Assembly (NCBI GenBank): GCA_030265395.1
Contig: JARFYF010000022.1
Span: forward strand, 25,825,427 to 25,885,975
Source of the DNA: Rhina ancylostomus
Lineage: Eukaryota
Length of the DNA stretch: 60,549 nt
Direction: 5' to 3'
Part shown: piece by piece, positions 40,544 to 54,785 of the stretch
Position numbering within the stretch: the first letter of the stretch is position 1
How the letters are laid out: every line of letters starts with the position of its first letter
Notes under the pieces: model-generated
What the model was told of the DNA's origin: nothing
Database searches by the model: none
The model's input: the letters and a program-made list of their open reading frames with translations, nothing else
Position numbers and translations under genes: made by a program

Positions 40544-42690
40544 GTAAGTATCTGTTTACTGCAATGTTTTTCAATTTCTCTGGCCCTCAAAATGTATCAA
40601 AAAGTATATGTTCTGGTTCTCGAAGCAGGAGTGTGAAGAATTCTTTTGAAACTTGATCTAACATTGAAACATCTTTTGATACTCTTGCAATCATTAAAGT
40701 GATGAATAGAAAGTTCCTGTCTTTCCACACCCTGCTTCACACGATAGGTACAGCTCATGGACACTGCTGCATCATTATGATATTTGAATTGTCATTGTGA
40801 CTTGAATTGGCCTGTTACCAAATGGATTTCATTTGGGGTCATTTAAATGCCTGTCAAATTAAAGTTTCTTTGTAAATAAATGGAATCTGTTTAGTTGGCA
40901 CCTCATCCACTGGAAATAACATTAATTCCCTTCATTACTGTTGCAATATAGCTGTATTATTTACCATCTAAAAATGCACTGTAGTACATTTAGGCACACT
41001 GACAGCATCTCTCAATCTACTGACAACAATGAAAGGAATCATGGGAAGAACACAACTTGTGGGTTCCCCTCCAAGTCATACACCATTCTGACTTGGAAAT
41101 ATATTGCTACTGGGTCTAAATTCTAGAACTCCCTGCCCATCACTGTGGGAGTACCTTCACCAGAAGAAGTTGGTGGATGAAGATATTGGCTCTCAAGACC
41201 AATTGGAGATGAATAAACAATTGTGAGGTGAATAATGCTTGTACAGATTAGTCACATTGGACCTGCATTTAATGACCCCCTTTGCTGTGCCACAGTATTT
41301 AAAGTCAAATATAATTAATTCATTTTCATTTGAAGTGCACCAGTTTCAGGTACAATCAGTCCAATCAGGCTTTCATAGGACTTCAAGCTCCTCAAAGGCC
41401 CAATTTAAAGCGGATCTTCCCAGACAGATCACTGTTCATTGAGGAAAACAGGGCTCGGGTTGATTGCTTCTATTTACTTACAGTGTACTATCAGCCATCT
41501 TAATGGGGAAGAACCAGTTGCATGAGAATTGCTTAAAAAAATTACATCACACACTAGTATTCTATGTCTTTAATAAATCTCCAAACTATTTGTGATCCAC
41601 TTTCCCTTATGAATAACAATGTTTCACACTGCAATTCTATATTTTAGGGCTAAACAGCATTAATGTAAAATACAGCAAAAATAAATGAAGTGCCCAATCT
41701 TCAAAGAAGATGGTGCTGCTAATCAGCCTAAAACTGCACTCCCCTTGTGTGTAAATATACATAAACTAAAAAATAACACTTAAAAAAAATCACCATGTGA
41801 GCTTCTGTTTTTTTAAATTGTCAGTTGCATGAGAATTTTGGATGCATGAATGCCAGATAGAGTTTGCTGTACATACCTGTTCCCCAACAACCTCATATCC
41901 AGCCACCCAAGACACGAACCAGCTACCTTGATCAAGTCACTGATCCAGAACCTGATCGCCTCAAATGACTCTATCCCAGATGGCAGGCACTGGCCTTTGT
42001 CTCAACACTCAACTTCGTAACCTCTAATTGCAGACCTTTGTCTCACCTCATGCAGGCACCCAACTCACTGCTCCTGACAGCCTCCCCCCAGTCACCAGGT
42101 CCCAGACTCAGAAGCACCCAACACCCTTGACCTTGAATATACAAGTAGCAGGCTCCTGACCAAAGCAGAAGCTGGCATGTTGTGCAGTGTTCATTTAATG
42201 TGCCTTTGCTAGAATTGATGGATTTCTATCCACTGGATCTTGACTTAACATCACTTCCCAACAATGCAGCATTCAATCTGTGCTGCACTGAAGTGTCAAC
42301 ACAAATTGTGTGCTGAAGTTCTGGTTGAGTGATTTAGAGGTCAGAGTGCTCCCAATGGACACTTTCACCTGTATTCAGGAAATACTCATCAGGTCAGGCA
42401 GCATATGTGGCAAATGAAAAAGAATTAGCATTTTGTACTGAAGTCCATTAATAGAATTGAGTATTTCCATCATTTTCTATTTCAGATTTGTGTATCTGTA
42501 GTATTTTTCTGTTAAATTTGTTTCATCTGTTGATTATTGTTCCTAATTGCTGTACTTGATGACTTTCAAATAGTATCATTATTAATTTATTCTGATTACA
42601 GTTGCTGTATAAATTGTAAAATATCTTATTTAATGATTGACTTTATTTTGAAATATCTCCTCAGACAATAAACTGCTTTCTCTCCAGCAG

Positions 42691-42927
42691 AATTAACGAA
42701 AGCCTCATTGAATGAGTTCCAGTCTCAGAGCAGTGCGATTGGACCAGTGATTGGTATAATCCTCTCACTTTTTGTCATGGGTGCTATGTACTTTGTTTGC
42801 CAACGAGTTGTTTGTCGTCGATACAAGGGACCCAATGGACCTTTTCCACATGAATATATCAGTGGAGCCCCACATGTCCCCCTTAACTTTATCGCTCCGA
42901 GCAGCTCTCAGCATGGTACATTCACTG
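42691..42927 (+). CDS. LRP5: LRP5 exon 20 equivalent, transmembrane helix; alternative start at 42688
   Basis: cagcag|AA...G|gtaagg; 237 nt; [29 protein letters not shown]...GPFPHEY, an LRP5-type TM segment. Confidence 0.96.
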
Positions 42928-43832
42928 GTAAGGAGTCCTGCAGATTATCCCTGATGTTAGTGATTGAATTTTGTGTTTGCTATTCATAGTGCTTAATAAT
43001 ATGCAATTTTGAACAATATTTCATATTTGTATTTAAACTAACATTATATCTTGTGTTTCCTGAATATTGAAATATAACAGACACATGAATGGTATTTTAA
43101 ATTGCCAAAGTGATGCACAATTCCAACAGGAATTAATAGTTATCAGTTTTTTTACTTTTGTTAAATAATCGATTTGACTTTCTTTTGGTTTTGCCAACTG
43201 AGAAGTATTTGGGTGAAATTTTGCGATGTCCAGAAAAATGCCTTAACAACAAATAACCTACCGAGGTATGATCCGTAGGTTATTTGTTATTACTCTGTAA
43301 AATTAACCTTTTAACTCCTGGGCTCTGCTGAGTTAATTGATTTTGGGTAGAACTGCAGTTGGGTGCGATGAAGGGACAAATCAGTGATTTTTCCTTTGAT
43401 ACGTTCTGGAAAATGCACACTTGTACATGTCAGGTAAGGAAAGAAGCAGACTCATTGTGCTGCTCATTCTGGTTGTGACCTCTTACTGGCTGCACGCATC
43501 TGAAATTAATGGCTGCATGGTCATGGCATCAAAGACTTTTTGGAACCCAATGAACTGTATTGTGACATGTCAACATTTTCAGGAGGGAAAGGAGATTATT
43601 ATTGCAGACAAAGGTGGTGATCTTTTAGAATAAAGGTCATGCTGATTCTTTTTTTAAAAGAGGGAGATTTTACAAATGACAAAGTAACTGTTAAAGATGC
43701 ATTATTTTCATTTGAATATAGATGAAATTGTCACAAAATATCGGTATGAAAATTCTGATTACTGCATCTTTTGAAGAATATTTTATGCAAATGCTGTAAT
43801 AGCTCATTTTGTACTCTTGAATTGCTGTGTAG

Positions 43833-43972
43833 GTATGTCATGTGGCAAATCCATGATCAGCTCCATGAGTCTGATGGGAGGGAGCAGTGGTGCCCCATTG
43901 TATGATAGAAATCATGTGACAGGAGCATCATCCAGCAGTTCATCGAGTACAAAAGGAACCTTCTACCCACAG
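43833..43972 (+). CDS. LRP5: LRP5 exon 21 equivalent
   Basis: tag|GT...CAG|gtgtgc; 140 nt; [46 protein letters not shown]. Confidence 0.96.
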
Positions 43973-44620
43973 GTGTGCACTTTTTATTCAGTAGTACAAG
44001 AACAATGTCAGTAGTTTTTATAACATAGTTCTCCCCCTTTTGGGGCTTTGCAAACTTGCATTCTGAAGTAAAAAAATTCTCTACTTTTTATTTTCCAAAC
44101 ATTTGCTGTTTGATGAGACTTGAAATGTTTAATACAGATCTATTTCTGAAAGTTGTGGCATGTTCTGTCCCTGTCAGTGTACGTAGAGTATCTGTGATTA
44201 CCTCATTTTGGAGTTCAAGTGGCATAACAAAGGGTGCAGCATTATGGTGAGAAAGACTGAAAATAGTTTATCACCAGTTTTCACTAAAATTGGCTCTGTT
44301 GTAGACTCATTGTCTATGAATGTAGCTTTCATGAAGCCAATGTAGAATGAAGATGAATTTCCGTGGGTAGTGGAATTTGCAGAGAGTATTCCACAGTGTC
44401 TCAGGCTGATTCAGTGAGCCAACCTTAAAGGGAAGGTAGATTTTTTGAAGGCAATCAGTTGGCAGTCTGAAACTGAGGCAGTATTAACCACAAGATTATT
44501 TTCATTATTGTAGTCAATGAGAAAAGCACTGAGTAGTGCTTTAGTGATTGCCCTGCACAAGCATGCAAACATATTAAATGTTTAAAATAATTTCAATCAC
44601 ATGTTTGTTCCCCCCAATAG

Positions 44621-44718
44621 ATCTTAAACCCACCTCCATCCCCAGCCACTGATCGTTCTCTCTATAATACGGAAATGTGCTACTCCTCCAACAGTCCTTC
44701 CACTACCAGGTCTTACAG
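44621..44718 (+). CDS. LRP5: LRP5 exon 22 equivalent, PPPSP motif A (absent from the ORF track)
   Basis: tag|ATC...AG|gtgtgt; 98 nt; [32 protein letters not shown]. Confidence 0.96.
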
Positions 44719-45916
44719 GTGTGTATATTTACTTGTTTCAAGCTTGTTAAAACCTATTTGTTTTAAATATTTGCAAGCATTAAAATAGAGGACAGAGATG
44801 CATTCATTTTATGTAAAGAATGAGATCCAGGAGCCCATAGCAATATTCTTTTTAGAAAGTGCAAAATGATGCCAGTGCAAATGGAGGTATATTCTTAAAA
44901 CACCATCTGAGAATATTTATTTAGTTTTTTTTATTAAACAGCCTTAGTAGTATTTGGAACTATTTTGTATTGAGCCTTTGACAAATAAAATCTGTGATCT
45001 CACAGGAAGCCGTACTTCTTCATACTGTTACACTATCTTCCTGAGAGGAAAAAAAAAATCAGCTATTCCATCAGTCCAGCTATCTGATTGATTTGTAACT
45101 TAAGAAAATTCATAGGACTAAAATCTAAGAGATTCCAACATGAAAATATTGGTATTGGTTTATTATTGTCATTTGTACCGNNNNNNNNNNNNNNNNNNNN
45201 NNNNNNNNNNNNNNNNNNNNNNNNNNNNNNNNNNNNNNNNNNNNNNNNNNNNNNNNNNNNNNNNNNNNNNNNNNNNNNNNGATCGTACAGGTCAATTCAT
45301 TACACAATGCAGTTACACTGAGTTAGTACAGAGTGCATTGATGTAGCTTTACAGATAGAAAATGAAGCCACAAATAAGTCAGTTCACAAAATATAATGTC
45401 ATAATTTGCAATTAATTAATAATATTGATATTAGAAGATATCTAGCAGTTCAAGGAAACATTGTTTTTGTTGCTAGAAACCTAATGCATTAGGAATGATT
45501 CTACAAATACCAAATTTACATGGTCTGGTAATACAATACTGGTATTTGATTAATATTTGTTTTGAGTCATATTCAAATATCCTCACAAGGAGGCAACTTG
45601 CAAAGGTCAGCTGCTTCCTCAAGAGGAAATGAAAATCAAACGGTCCTACCATTCAGGCCTCCAGGCAACTATACATTAGTATCATTCGACATCTCATTGC
45701 AGCCGGACACTTTGACCAAGAAAGGCAGATGCCATGAGAAGATAATGCAGGGGGTAATAAATGTTGATAATTTAACCTTGTTGCATTCCATATTCATTCG
45801 GTTTACAATTTTAAACATGTTAAGGCAAAAATATGCACTCCAGCTCTTTCAAATGCAGTTTTTGGCCATTGAAATGAAAGGAAGAGAAACTAACCAATTA
45901 TTTTTCAATTTTACAG

Positions 45917-46190
45917 ACATTATATTATGCAGAGTATTGCACCACCTACAACCCCATGCAGTACCGATGTATGTGATAGTGATTATACCACAAGCCGATG
46001 GAAAAGTCCCAAATACTACATGGATCTGAACTCAGATTCAGATCCTTACCCACCTCCTCCTACTCCTCGAAGCCCATACATGTCAGCAGAGGAGAACTGT
46101 GAAAGTTGCCCGCCATCACCTCCTTCCACTGAACGAAGTTATTTTCATCTCTGCCCTCCCCCACCATCTCCTTGTACAGATTCCTCATGA
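45917..46190 (+). CDS. LRP5: LRP5 terminal coding exon, PPP(S/T)P motifs B-E and stop
   Basis: cag|A...TGA; [16 protein letters not shown]...PPPPTPRS...[27 protein letters not shown]. Confidence 0.97.
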
Positions 46191-49100
46191 TCATAACAGA
46201 AGAAACATTTTTATAATTCTGTACATAGCTTTAAATACATACAGAGAGAAAGTATATTTTATGAATTAAAAATAGCAGGTGGGTGGGATTATCCAAAGAA
46301 AAGTGTACAGAGATTGTGAGAAGAAGCAGTGAAATTTTGTACAGATGGAAAGAAAAATATTTATGACCTTTTTTTTTCAAGCAAATACACCACTTGCATT
46401 CTTGTTTCATACATTTATTGTACAGAGTCAAATAGAGAAGCAAAAGCATAACAAGTTCACATGCTAGCACAGGCAAAATAGTTTGCTTCTGTGCAATACA
46501 TTTCCATTGGATGAAATCGTATTGGAATGAAATTATAAAATGCAATATTCATTGATACTAAATGGACAGTTGTTTCTTTTATACTTTTTCTACCTATTTA
46601 TCAAAATTATATTTGCTGTTCTTTAGAGTTTAAATTTTACATTATTGATATTTTCAATCAGAATCTCAACATGTTCTATTATTGAATTATTTCAATGTAC
46701 ACAACCCTCTATATATAAAGCACTAATCAGAATTTCTGCATGTTCAGTACAAAGCAGGTTACCTTAAAGTGTGTATCATTGCTGTTTGTAAGGATTGTTC
46801 ATGAAATGAATTAAAATAATATCTATCCAGTTCCTAGATGGTGCAGATTCATAGCAGAGTAACATGCCACAACTGTATTGTAAATTAGCGTTATTGCCAA
46901 GAGGAATCTTGGTGTGAGAAAATGTAATATTCCATTGGTCCATTTAAAGAGTACACTTGAGGTCGGGATGAAAATGTATTGAGTAGAATATTTAACCCTA
47001 TACCTGACCTGAGGTTACTTTACAACATCCATCGCAGTTGAAGGTATAAAGAAATGAATGTTCCACCCTCTTTAACATAGATCTTCCTTACTTTGATAAG
47101 CACATGGTTACCCACAAAACATTACAGGGCAAAGTTCTATCTGATTGGTGTGCGATTTGTAATTTGATGTTAAATTATTTATCATGGATGGCAAAACCAA
47201 ATTGTTTTCCTTTAGGAATTATTTTAATGTTTGGCTATATTTCTTTTGCTTGTATGTACAGAATGCTGTAGCTANNNNNNNNNNGTAGAGTGCCCTTTGT
47301 AAATCAGTTACAGGAACTTGCACACCAGTAATAAATAACTAAGATTTTGTTGGATCACCAAGCTGCCTTATTTATTCATAGCATGACTATCCATGCTTGT
47401 ACCAGTAATTTGTTTGGCAGTGTTGAATTTAATTGAGGGACTGTTTCCAATTGCTTTTGATAATATTGAGGTACGTTGTATCTTTAATTCCAGAGAAGTC
47501 TTTATATTAATATGCATTGATGTTTTAAACATTTACAAGACTTTCCATTTTTCAAATTTACCTTTTTGCACCATAGAAGTAAAATGTGCTTTATTTCATT
47601 AAATTTCATTATTTATAAAAAAAAGTTATTTACAAATTATATATCTAATTTTCAGCAGCACCACTACAACAACAATACTGCTTTTCTTGCAAAGGCACAA
47701 ACTTTAGCTTCACAAGACAAAACATTATTGCAGAACTTGAGGGTGTCTTCTGTTGTCTTTATTGTGATAACTGTGGTTGTGTATTAGATTAAGTCCATAA
47801 GATGTGTAGAACCCAGTTTTTTCTATCTGTATTGAATAGTCTAATTTTTACAGTAAGGGAAATTATTAACTTTGTTATAAAGAAAACCTTGCAGTTTTGG
47901 AGTGAAATACAAGTATACAGCGGACCCTAAAATATGTGTTAGAGAGGCAGATTACAGAATGTTTCCTTTTATTGTTTTAACTTTGTATACTATACTTTCC
48001 ATAATTACTTTCAAAAGCTTGGAGGGATTTTGTACACCTTTTTGATGTACTCACATGCAATTAATCTTATCCTAGAAGTATTGTTTTGATCTTTCATCAA
48101 TACATTTTTTTCTTTCATTTTGGTGCACAAAATATTAAGATCCATCATAAAGCATGTCAGAGTTCTTAAAAGGCAAAAAATGGATCTTGCATTAGTGCTT
48201 GGCTACTTGACTCGAACCAAGATCAGACTGTATGTATCTCGTTCAGGGCTAGACAGGCTTAGCTGGCTTAGTCCTTTATCACATTGAAATGTACTAAATA
48301 CTTTAGAGGCAGTGTTTTTTATCTGTTATGCTGGTTGGAGTAGGTACATGCTGTGTGTCCTGAATGGGATTCTCTGGATGATTGTAGGGTTGTGTTGAGT
48401 ATGGAGAAAAGTCATGGGGGACAGGTCAGGTTCGGATTGGCTGTTAGGTTTAGATCAAGTTTTAATAAACAAACAGATCTCTAGTGGGGCTTCAATGAAA
48501 AAAATATCCCCAGAGGAATATGTAGAAAATTGTTTTTATTTCATCATTTACACTCCATGTTGGCTACTAATGTCAACCATACAGAATTCACATTACCATT
48601 CACTGTTCTTCAAAACTGCTTCACACACACATATATAAACTACAAACCAATCGCACCCATTTATCCTTTGTGCAAGTCAGGACTTGACAATGGTGACCTG
48701 TGAGAAGATGGAAAATCTTAGTAAGTTAATAGTACTCATATGTGCATGTTGCTATTATTATTGATTTCAATTATGCTTCATAGAACTGAAATTTGATTTG
48801 ACTTGATTAATGCATTTTAGTAACTGAAAATACCCATCTTCCACCAACACTAATAAAATAAACACAATAACCAATCCCCTGCTGAAAAATGGAAAACTGA
48901 ATCCCTAACCTATGAAATACAGTTGGCTAAAAATTCTTGGTTGGTCACCCTAAATGCTTTGTATTGTCTTGTCATTTTAATCTGCCTCTGAAATTCATCC
49001 CATTGAAGTTTAGTTGTTTCTGTTTTGCAAAGTCAGCACGACTAACCAGGAGTGAGTTTCAAGTAAAGGTGCTTAGTTCCTCTATTCTTATTTTAAATAG

Positions 49101-52100
49101 CTGCTTCAAGTCATCAGCCTCATTTGAATTATTAATGGTCAAATTTTTCTATTAGTTTACTGCAAATGCATGTGCTTACATGAGATTTTAAATGAGAATT
49201 TGGTATCACTGTGATCCCAGTGATCAGTGTAAACAGTTTGGGAGTGGAGAAGGAAGAAGGATTTTCTCGGCGGGGGGTGGGTTTGTTCTGGAGAAGGTGA
49301 ATGGTTGCCGTATTTCCCCTCATACATGCTGCATGCTCTTTCTGCTGTAAGTATATCCTTGCTGATCTGGGAAAGTATGGTATTGTCAGCTGCAAAATTT
49401 TTGGTGGTTCTAGTGCTGCTTCTGTAATGTGCTTAATTACTGTATTTTTTTTATTTGTTGATCTTTTTGTTGATTTTATGCAATATATGGAATATTTGAA
49501 CAGAAACCAGCCATTAATCTTAGGATGAAGTTTCTTTTCCCCAAAGACACATCTTGTTTAATCATTTTATTGTGTCATCTCCCCATTTATAACATGTAAT
49601 ATTTCTTCTTTCCAATCAATTAACATGTAATTCCCTTTAAAGCAATTAATTCCTGCTTTATAGTAAATTCCAAATTCTAATCACTCTTCTTAAAAAAGTA
49701 AATTTTTTTCTAACATTCCTCTGTTTTCTAATTAAGTTAATGTCATTTTGTTCCCACCTTCCCAACCGGTAGTAACAAAATTCTCTATCAGGTTGCTTGT
49801 TGAAACAAAGTGTCAGCTGCTGCCCTTAGAATAAAGAAGCTAACACAGTTCTACATCAGGGCTGAAAAATAAACAAATATTGAGATGACTTTTTTCATCA
49901 GAGAATGGGAAGAAACTATTAAAGAAATCCCAGACATAAGAGAACAAAATACCACATTAGGTTTGAAATAGAACCAGAAGCTTGTAAAACTGGTGGGATC
50001 CACCATCCCAAAGAGAAAAAGAAGTAGCTGGTATCAAGTACTCCGTTCTGATTCTTCATTTTGGATTTTTATCTACCTCTCCCCTTCAGCCCCACCCTCA
50101 ACTTCCACCAAAGTCACATTGTTCATTATCAGCCTTCTTGTCATCAACCTTCTTCATTCCAATGAAATAGCCATAATTTCTCAGGACTCATATCAACATC
50201 TTTAAGATAATGTTCCTCAGATCCCAAGTTCAAAGTCCTTTTATATAGATATTTAATATAATTTCATTGTAGATCTCTTAAATTTTGTTGTATTAACCTT
50301 AAGTTATTACTGACTTAGATTTGAATACTGATTTAAAACAAAACACTTCACAATCCATTCAGCTGTCCATGCTTCCCCTGTTGCACGTGTACTTCCGAAG
50401 TAAAACGCATCATTTGTAGTATGTGCTGTACTTGAGTTATGATCTTAAAAACTTGTTTTTTTTCTTAAACACAATTCATTTACAACTGGGTATCATCTAA
50501 GTAAACCTGCAGACTTGTTTTCCAATATCCATATTGAAGCACATATCTATTTAACTGCTTTATTATTTGTTTTAGTGGTTGCTATCCAATTTGTTAAGAT
50601 CCCAATACCTGTCAGTCTTGTACAATAACTTTCTGCACCCAATAAATACCTTTAATACACTGTTAGATAAATCTGAACAGTATGGAATCTTCTCATTAGC
50701 ATTCCTATTTGATCTTCATTTAAAATTATACCTTTATTGTGAGTACATTTAAAAAATTTCCAACTTCATTAACCAAGCATTTTCCTAAAAAGTGGGAAGC
50801 AAAGTTTTAACCCACCTAATCAATTCAAAATTTAAAATTCTACTCCACCTCTGTATAAAAAATCAAGTTCAAGCATTCTTGTCAATACTTGGAAATTTGT
50901 GAGCATTATTAACTTCTCATTTATTTAATTTTTAACCATATCAATCTCAATCTTGTATTTAATGAATAGAAAGAACCAACTTCAAGTCTTAGCAGTGCTG
51001 TCCTTCATTCAGCTTCTAGCCATCCTTCCACCTCTTTTGCCCCAAGGCTCTCAGATCCCCAAGCACCTATTCAAGTCTCTTCCCCAATCCCACATTTTGT
51101 TTATGATAGAGATTTCCTGAACTTTGTGTAAAGGATCAGTAATTTTGATCTGCATCTGATCTATGAATGCTACGTATCAAGCAATAATTTAAGGTGCTAC
51201 TACAGTACAATAGATGGACCTGAAGGTACTTGACACTAAACCATTACAATGTGCCTGTGGTCAATCTTGACAATTTGTTTTTTTTAAAGATCCAGAAAAC
51301 TAATGTCTATCAAACTCCTTTCTGTTTTGACTTGTAAATAAATTGAAAATTTAAATACATATCTATGTCTTGTTTAACCAGCTGTTTAGTACTTACATAA
51401 TTCCCTTAAAGTGTGAGAACAGGTAGGTAAAGCAATGAAAATGCTAACAGCCTTGTACCAATAACAACTAAAACTTCATTACCCAAAATAATGATTTGGC
51501 CAGCTAGAGTAGAGACCTAATAAATTCTTAAAGGAAGCAACTCAACTTGTTTAGCCACATTTACAGTTCTGCAAACAGTTCTGGTACTCAAAGAGCATAA
51601 AAGCATTGGAGGAATTNNNNNNNNNNNNNNNNNNNNNNNNNNNNNNNNNNNNNNNNNNNNNNNNNNNNNNNNNNNNNNNNNNNNNNNNNNNNNNNNNNNN
51701 NNNNNNNNNNNNNNNNCATAAAAGCATTGGAGGAATTTTAAAAAATTATTACCAGAAATGTTGTGATGCAAGAACTAGAAAAGCTTGAACAGGTGGTGAC
51801 TATTTTTCACGGAAAAGATGAGACTTAATGGGGCTCTGTAATATTTGAAGTATTGGTTCAATAGACTTGCTGAGAAAGAACAGTTCCAACTTTTAGTTAA
51901 GCCCAGATGAGTGAATAAACACTTAGAATTAACAGAACAAGAATTTATAAGCAATATTTTTGCAGAAAGTAGTGAAAATGTAAAATTCACTGTCTGCTGC
52001 ACCAGATAGCATTAACAAATGGGGAGTTGGGGGCTTAATATGTATATGAGGGAGATGGGAATAGAGGGAAAGCTAGAAGGGGTAGTTAGAATGTGAGGCA

Positions 52101-53487
52101 GCTATATAGAGCATCCATAGATACTGCCGTTGAGCTGAATGGCCTGTTTCTATTCTCTGGAATCAATGATACTGGACTCGAGTGAAAATACTGTGTGGAA
52201 TTTTAGTTCCTTATCACAGCAAAGGCATAAGAGTTGTAACTAGTGAACTAAGGAGTTTCACCAAGAAAATACAATGCCTAGGAAATTTAGACATCTGGGG
52301 ATTTGAACTTGTTTTACAGTAGCAGAGAAGGTAAGAAAAACTTCAATATAGGTCTAAAATTTTGAATTATTTTGGCCATGAATATAGAAAGATTGTCTGC
52401 TGCAGTTTATCACATTGTCTAAGCAATTGAAGTAACCATTTTCTTCCTTAATGGAAACTTGATAAATTGTGAAAGCAGAGGAAGGTGCAAAAGTGTCTGA
52501 TGGTGGATGATTAATTGAAGCATTGTAGAAGGTTTAATGTGTACATGAGGAAAATGGGAATACAGGTGGAAGATGTAATGAAAATAGGAAGTAACACATT
52601 TGCAAATACTTACTTAAGACTAGAGTAGTTGGATAATCCTGGATAACTGTTCCAAAACACAGTGAGGACAACAATTAGCACTCTTGCTCTAAAATTCTGT
52701 TTCTATCTTTTGGGAGGTATTGGAACAATTTAACAACAAATTATTTGATTTGTATACATTTTGATATAAACGTAATTTATTGGTCCCTAAGAATGTATGA
52801 AGCACCCAGCACATGCAACAGAAACCTTTTTTTTTAAACTTTCGATAATAGCTTTAATCTTTGGATCAAAGACAATGAATATGTCTAGTAAATGTGCCCA
52901 AACCTTAGCTTTTAAAACACAGATTTACTAAAGTTACACTTGGTAGTGTTTGATTGTAATTGGAGTCTACAGACCCTCTCTCTTTTCACCCACATACTGC
53001 AAACCTCAAGTGATATTGTGCTGCATTTCACAAGATGTGATATATAGTTGGCTTGAAAGTTGGTGTTCGGAGCATGTTTCACAGTAGGACTCAGCAAACA
53101 TTATGAAGTTTTCAAAAAATTGCTTTAATGTATTGCCATAAATAATATAAAACATTCAAACAGGAAATAAGAAGGATTGCTAACTGATTTTATCTTTTAA
53201 AAATGCTAGACTGCATGGAATTTCTGCATTTAAGTTTTGAAAAGTTCAGTGCAAATAGACTGACTATAACAGCCTTTTAACTTTTTACTGGCAGCTGCAA
53301 TGGGGTTGGCTTTACTTTCTTAGTTACCAGCCTTTGTGTTAAATAATGTTTTTCTCTGATGTTTAAATTTATGGCCAACATTTGGTCAATTTTCTCTCTC
53401 AATTCCTGGTTCTTGCATGTTGAAATTCTATGCTTCTATTTTCTTGTATAAATATTTGTAAAGACAACATCAAATCATTTCATTTGT

Positions 53488-53556
53488 AATAAAGATGCTG
53501 TTGATTTTTATAATAAAATGTTTTATTTTAAAACTTGTGGTTTTTGTTGTCTGTTG
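53488..53556 (+). terminator. Candidate distal polyadenylation site
   Basis: AATAAA at 53488 and 53512, TGTA elements upstream, GT-rich tract downstream. Confidence 0.35.
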
Positions 53557-54420
53557 AAATTCATCCTTTAAATGTGCTACTAAAAAGGCAGAACTGCAAG
53601 AAATATCCTCTAGTTAAGAAAATGGCATGCAGTGGAATGCTGCTAAATTTTTCTGAAGAACAAAATATCATTTATTTCTATTTTCAGTAAAAAAATTAAC
53701 CTCTATTTTCATGTCAACAACTGTTCCAGGAGATCATATTTATTTGTTTTTACAGAATAAATGCAAATATTTACCATTTTTTATGTTGCCCAAGGTTTCT
53801 AGAGATTACCAAGGTGTCCAACAGTGTTGTCGTCTGTTACTTTCCCGTAAACCTGAATGGAAGCATTCATTGATGCTTTCAGAATTATTTCCTCTTGTTT
53901 CAACCTACAAACCATTGCGGTATATATATCCAAATGCTGTTTAATATCTGGTGGAAAATCTTTTTTATGATTCTCCCAGTTTGCCATTGATAGAGTATAA
54001 TGCAGTTACAGTCATCATTTGCAATTACAGTTGGATAACACACTAGACACATTTTGCACCAGACTGATTAATAGGCATAATCAGAGGATTTTGCTGCTAC
54101 CGGATTACCACCTCCTGTTAATAATTATTTCTTCACCTAACAAGAGTCACAAAATGAACAGTATAACGCCCTCACTAGGCAACTGAGAAACTTGCAGGTG
54201 GTAAACTATAAGATAGTTTTTAGTTGGCAGTTCCAGAAGCCATATAAAAGTGATAAGATTTGAATGCGAATGTGTTGTGAGCATGGAGAAGTTACATAAA
54301 ACATACAGAAAAACTGAGTCTCCATCTGGTGCTACAAGAAGCACCTGGGAGACTCAGCAGTCCGTGACTCTATGTTTAATTTTAAGAGTGATATACATCA
54401 AAGTTGATCTCAATTTTAAA

Positions 54421-54785
54421 TCAGCTGTGGCTCACTTGGTACAACTCTTCTCTCCCAGTCAGGCTGACACTTGTAGTACTGACTGAATCCAGTAATGTTA
54501 CATGAGGTGAAATGTTAAATCAAAACCTGGTCAACGTTCTTGAATGGAATTGAAGGATACCATGGCACTGTTTTAAGGGAGAACAATAGAGTTAATGTCA
54601 TTTTCCTGGCCAAAATTTATCTCACGCACAACACTGGAAGAGCAGATTATCTGGTCATTTTCACATGCTGCTTGGGCAAATTAGTTGCCACATTTCCTAC
54701 ATTACAATGGTAATACACTTAACATTCAATTAATTAACAAAATGATTTAGGGGATGTCCTGAAAGGAACATGAAAGTCCCTATTA
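54421..54785 (+). mobile_element. Deu-domain SINE (SacSINE1/AmnSINE-like), decayed
   Basis: tRNA-like head CAGCTGTGGCTCAC..GGTA; Deu-like core CCATGGCACT...CCTGGCCAA...CAGATTATCTGGTCATT; CCTACATTACAA. Confidence 0.6.

Noticed and set aside
45562-46029. 155-aa ORF overlapping the last LRP5 exon
   Set aside because: Intronic non-ATG start running into an alternative frame of the real exon; no independent support.
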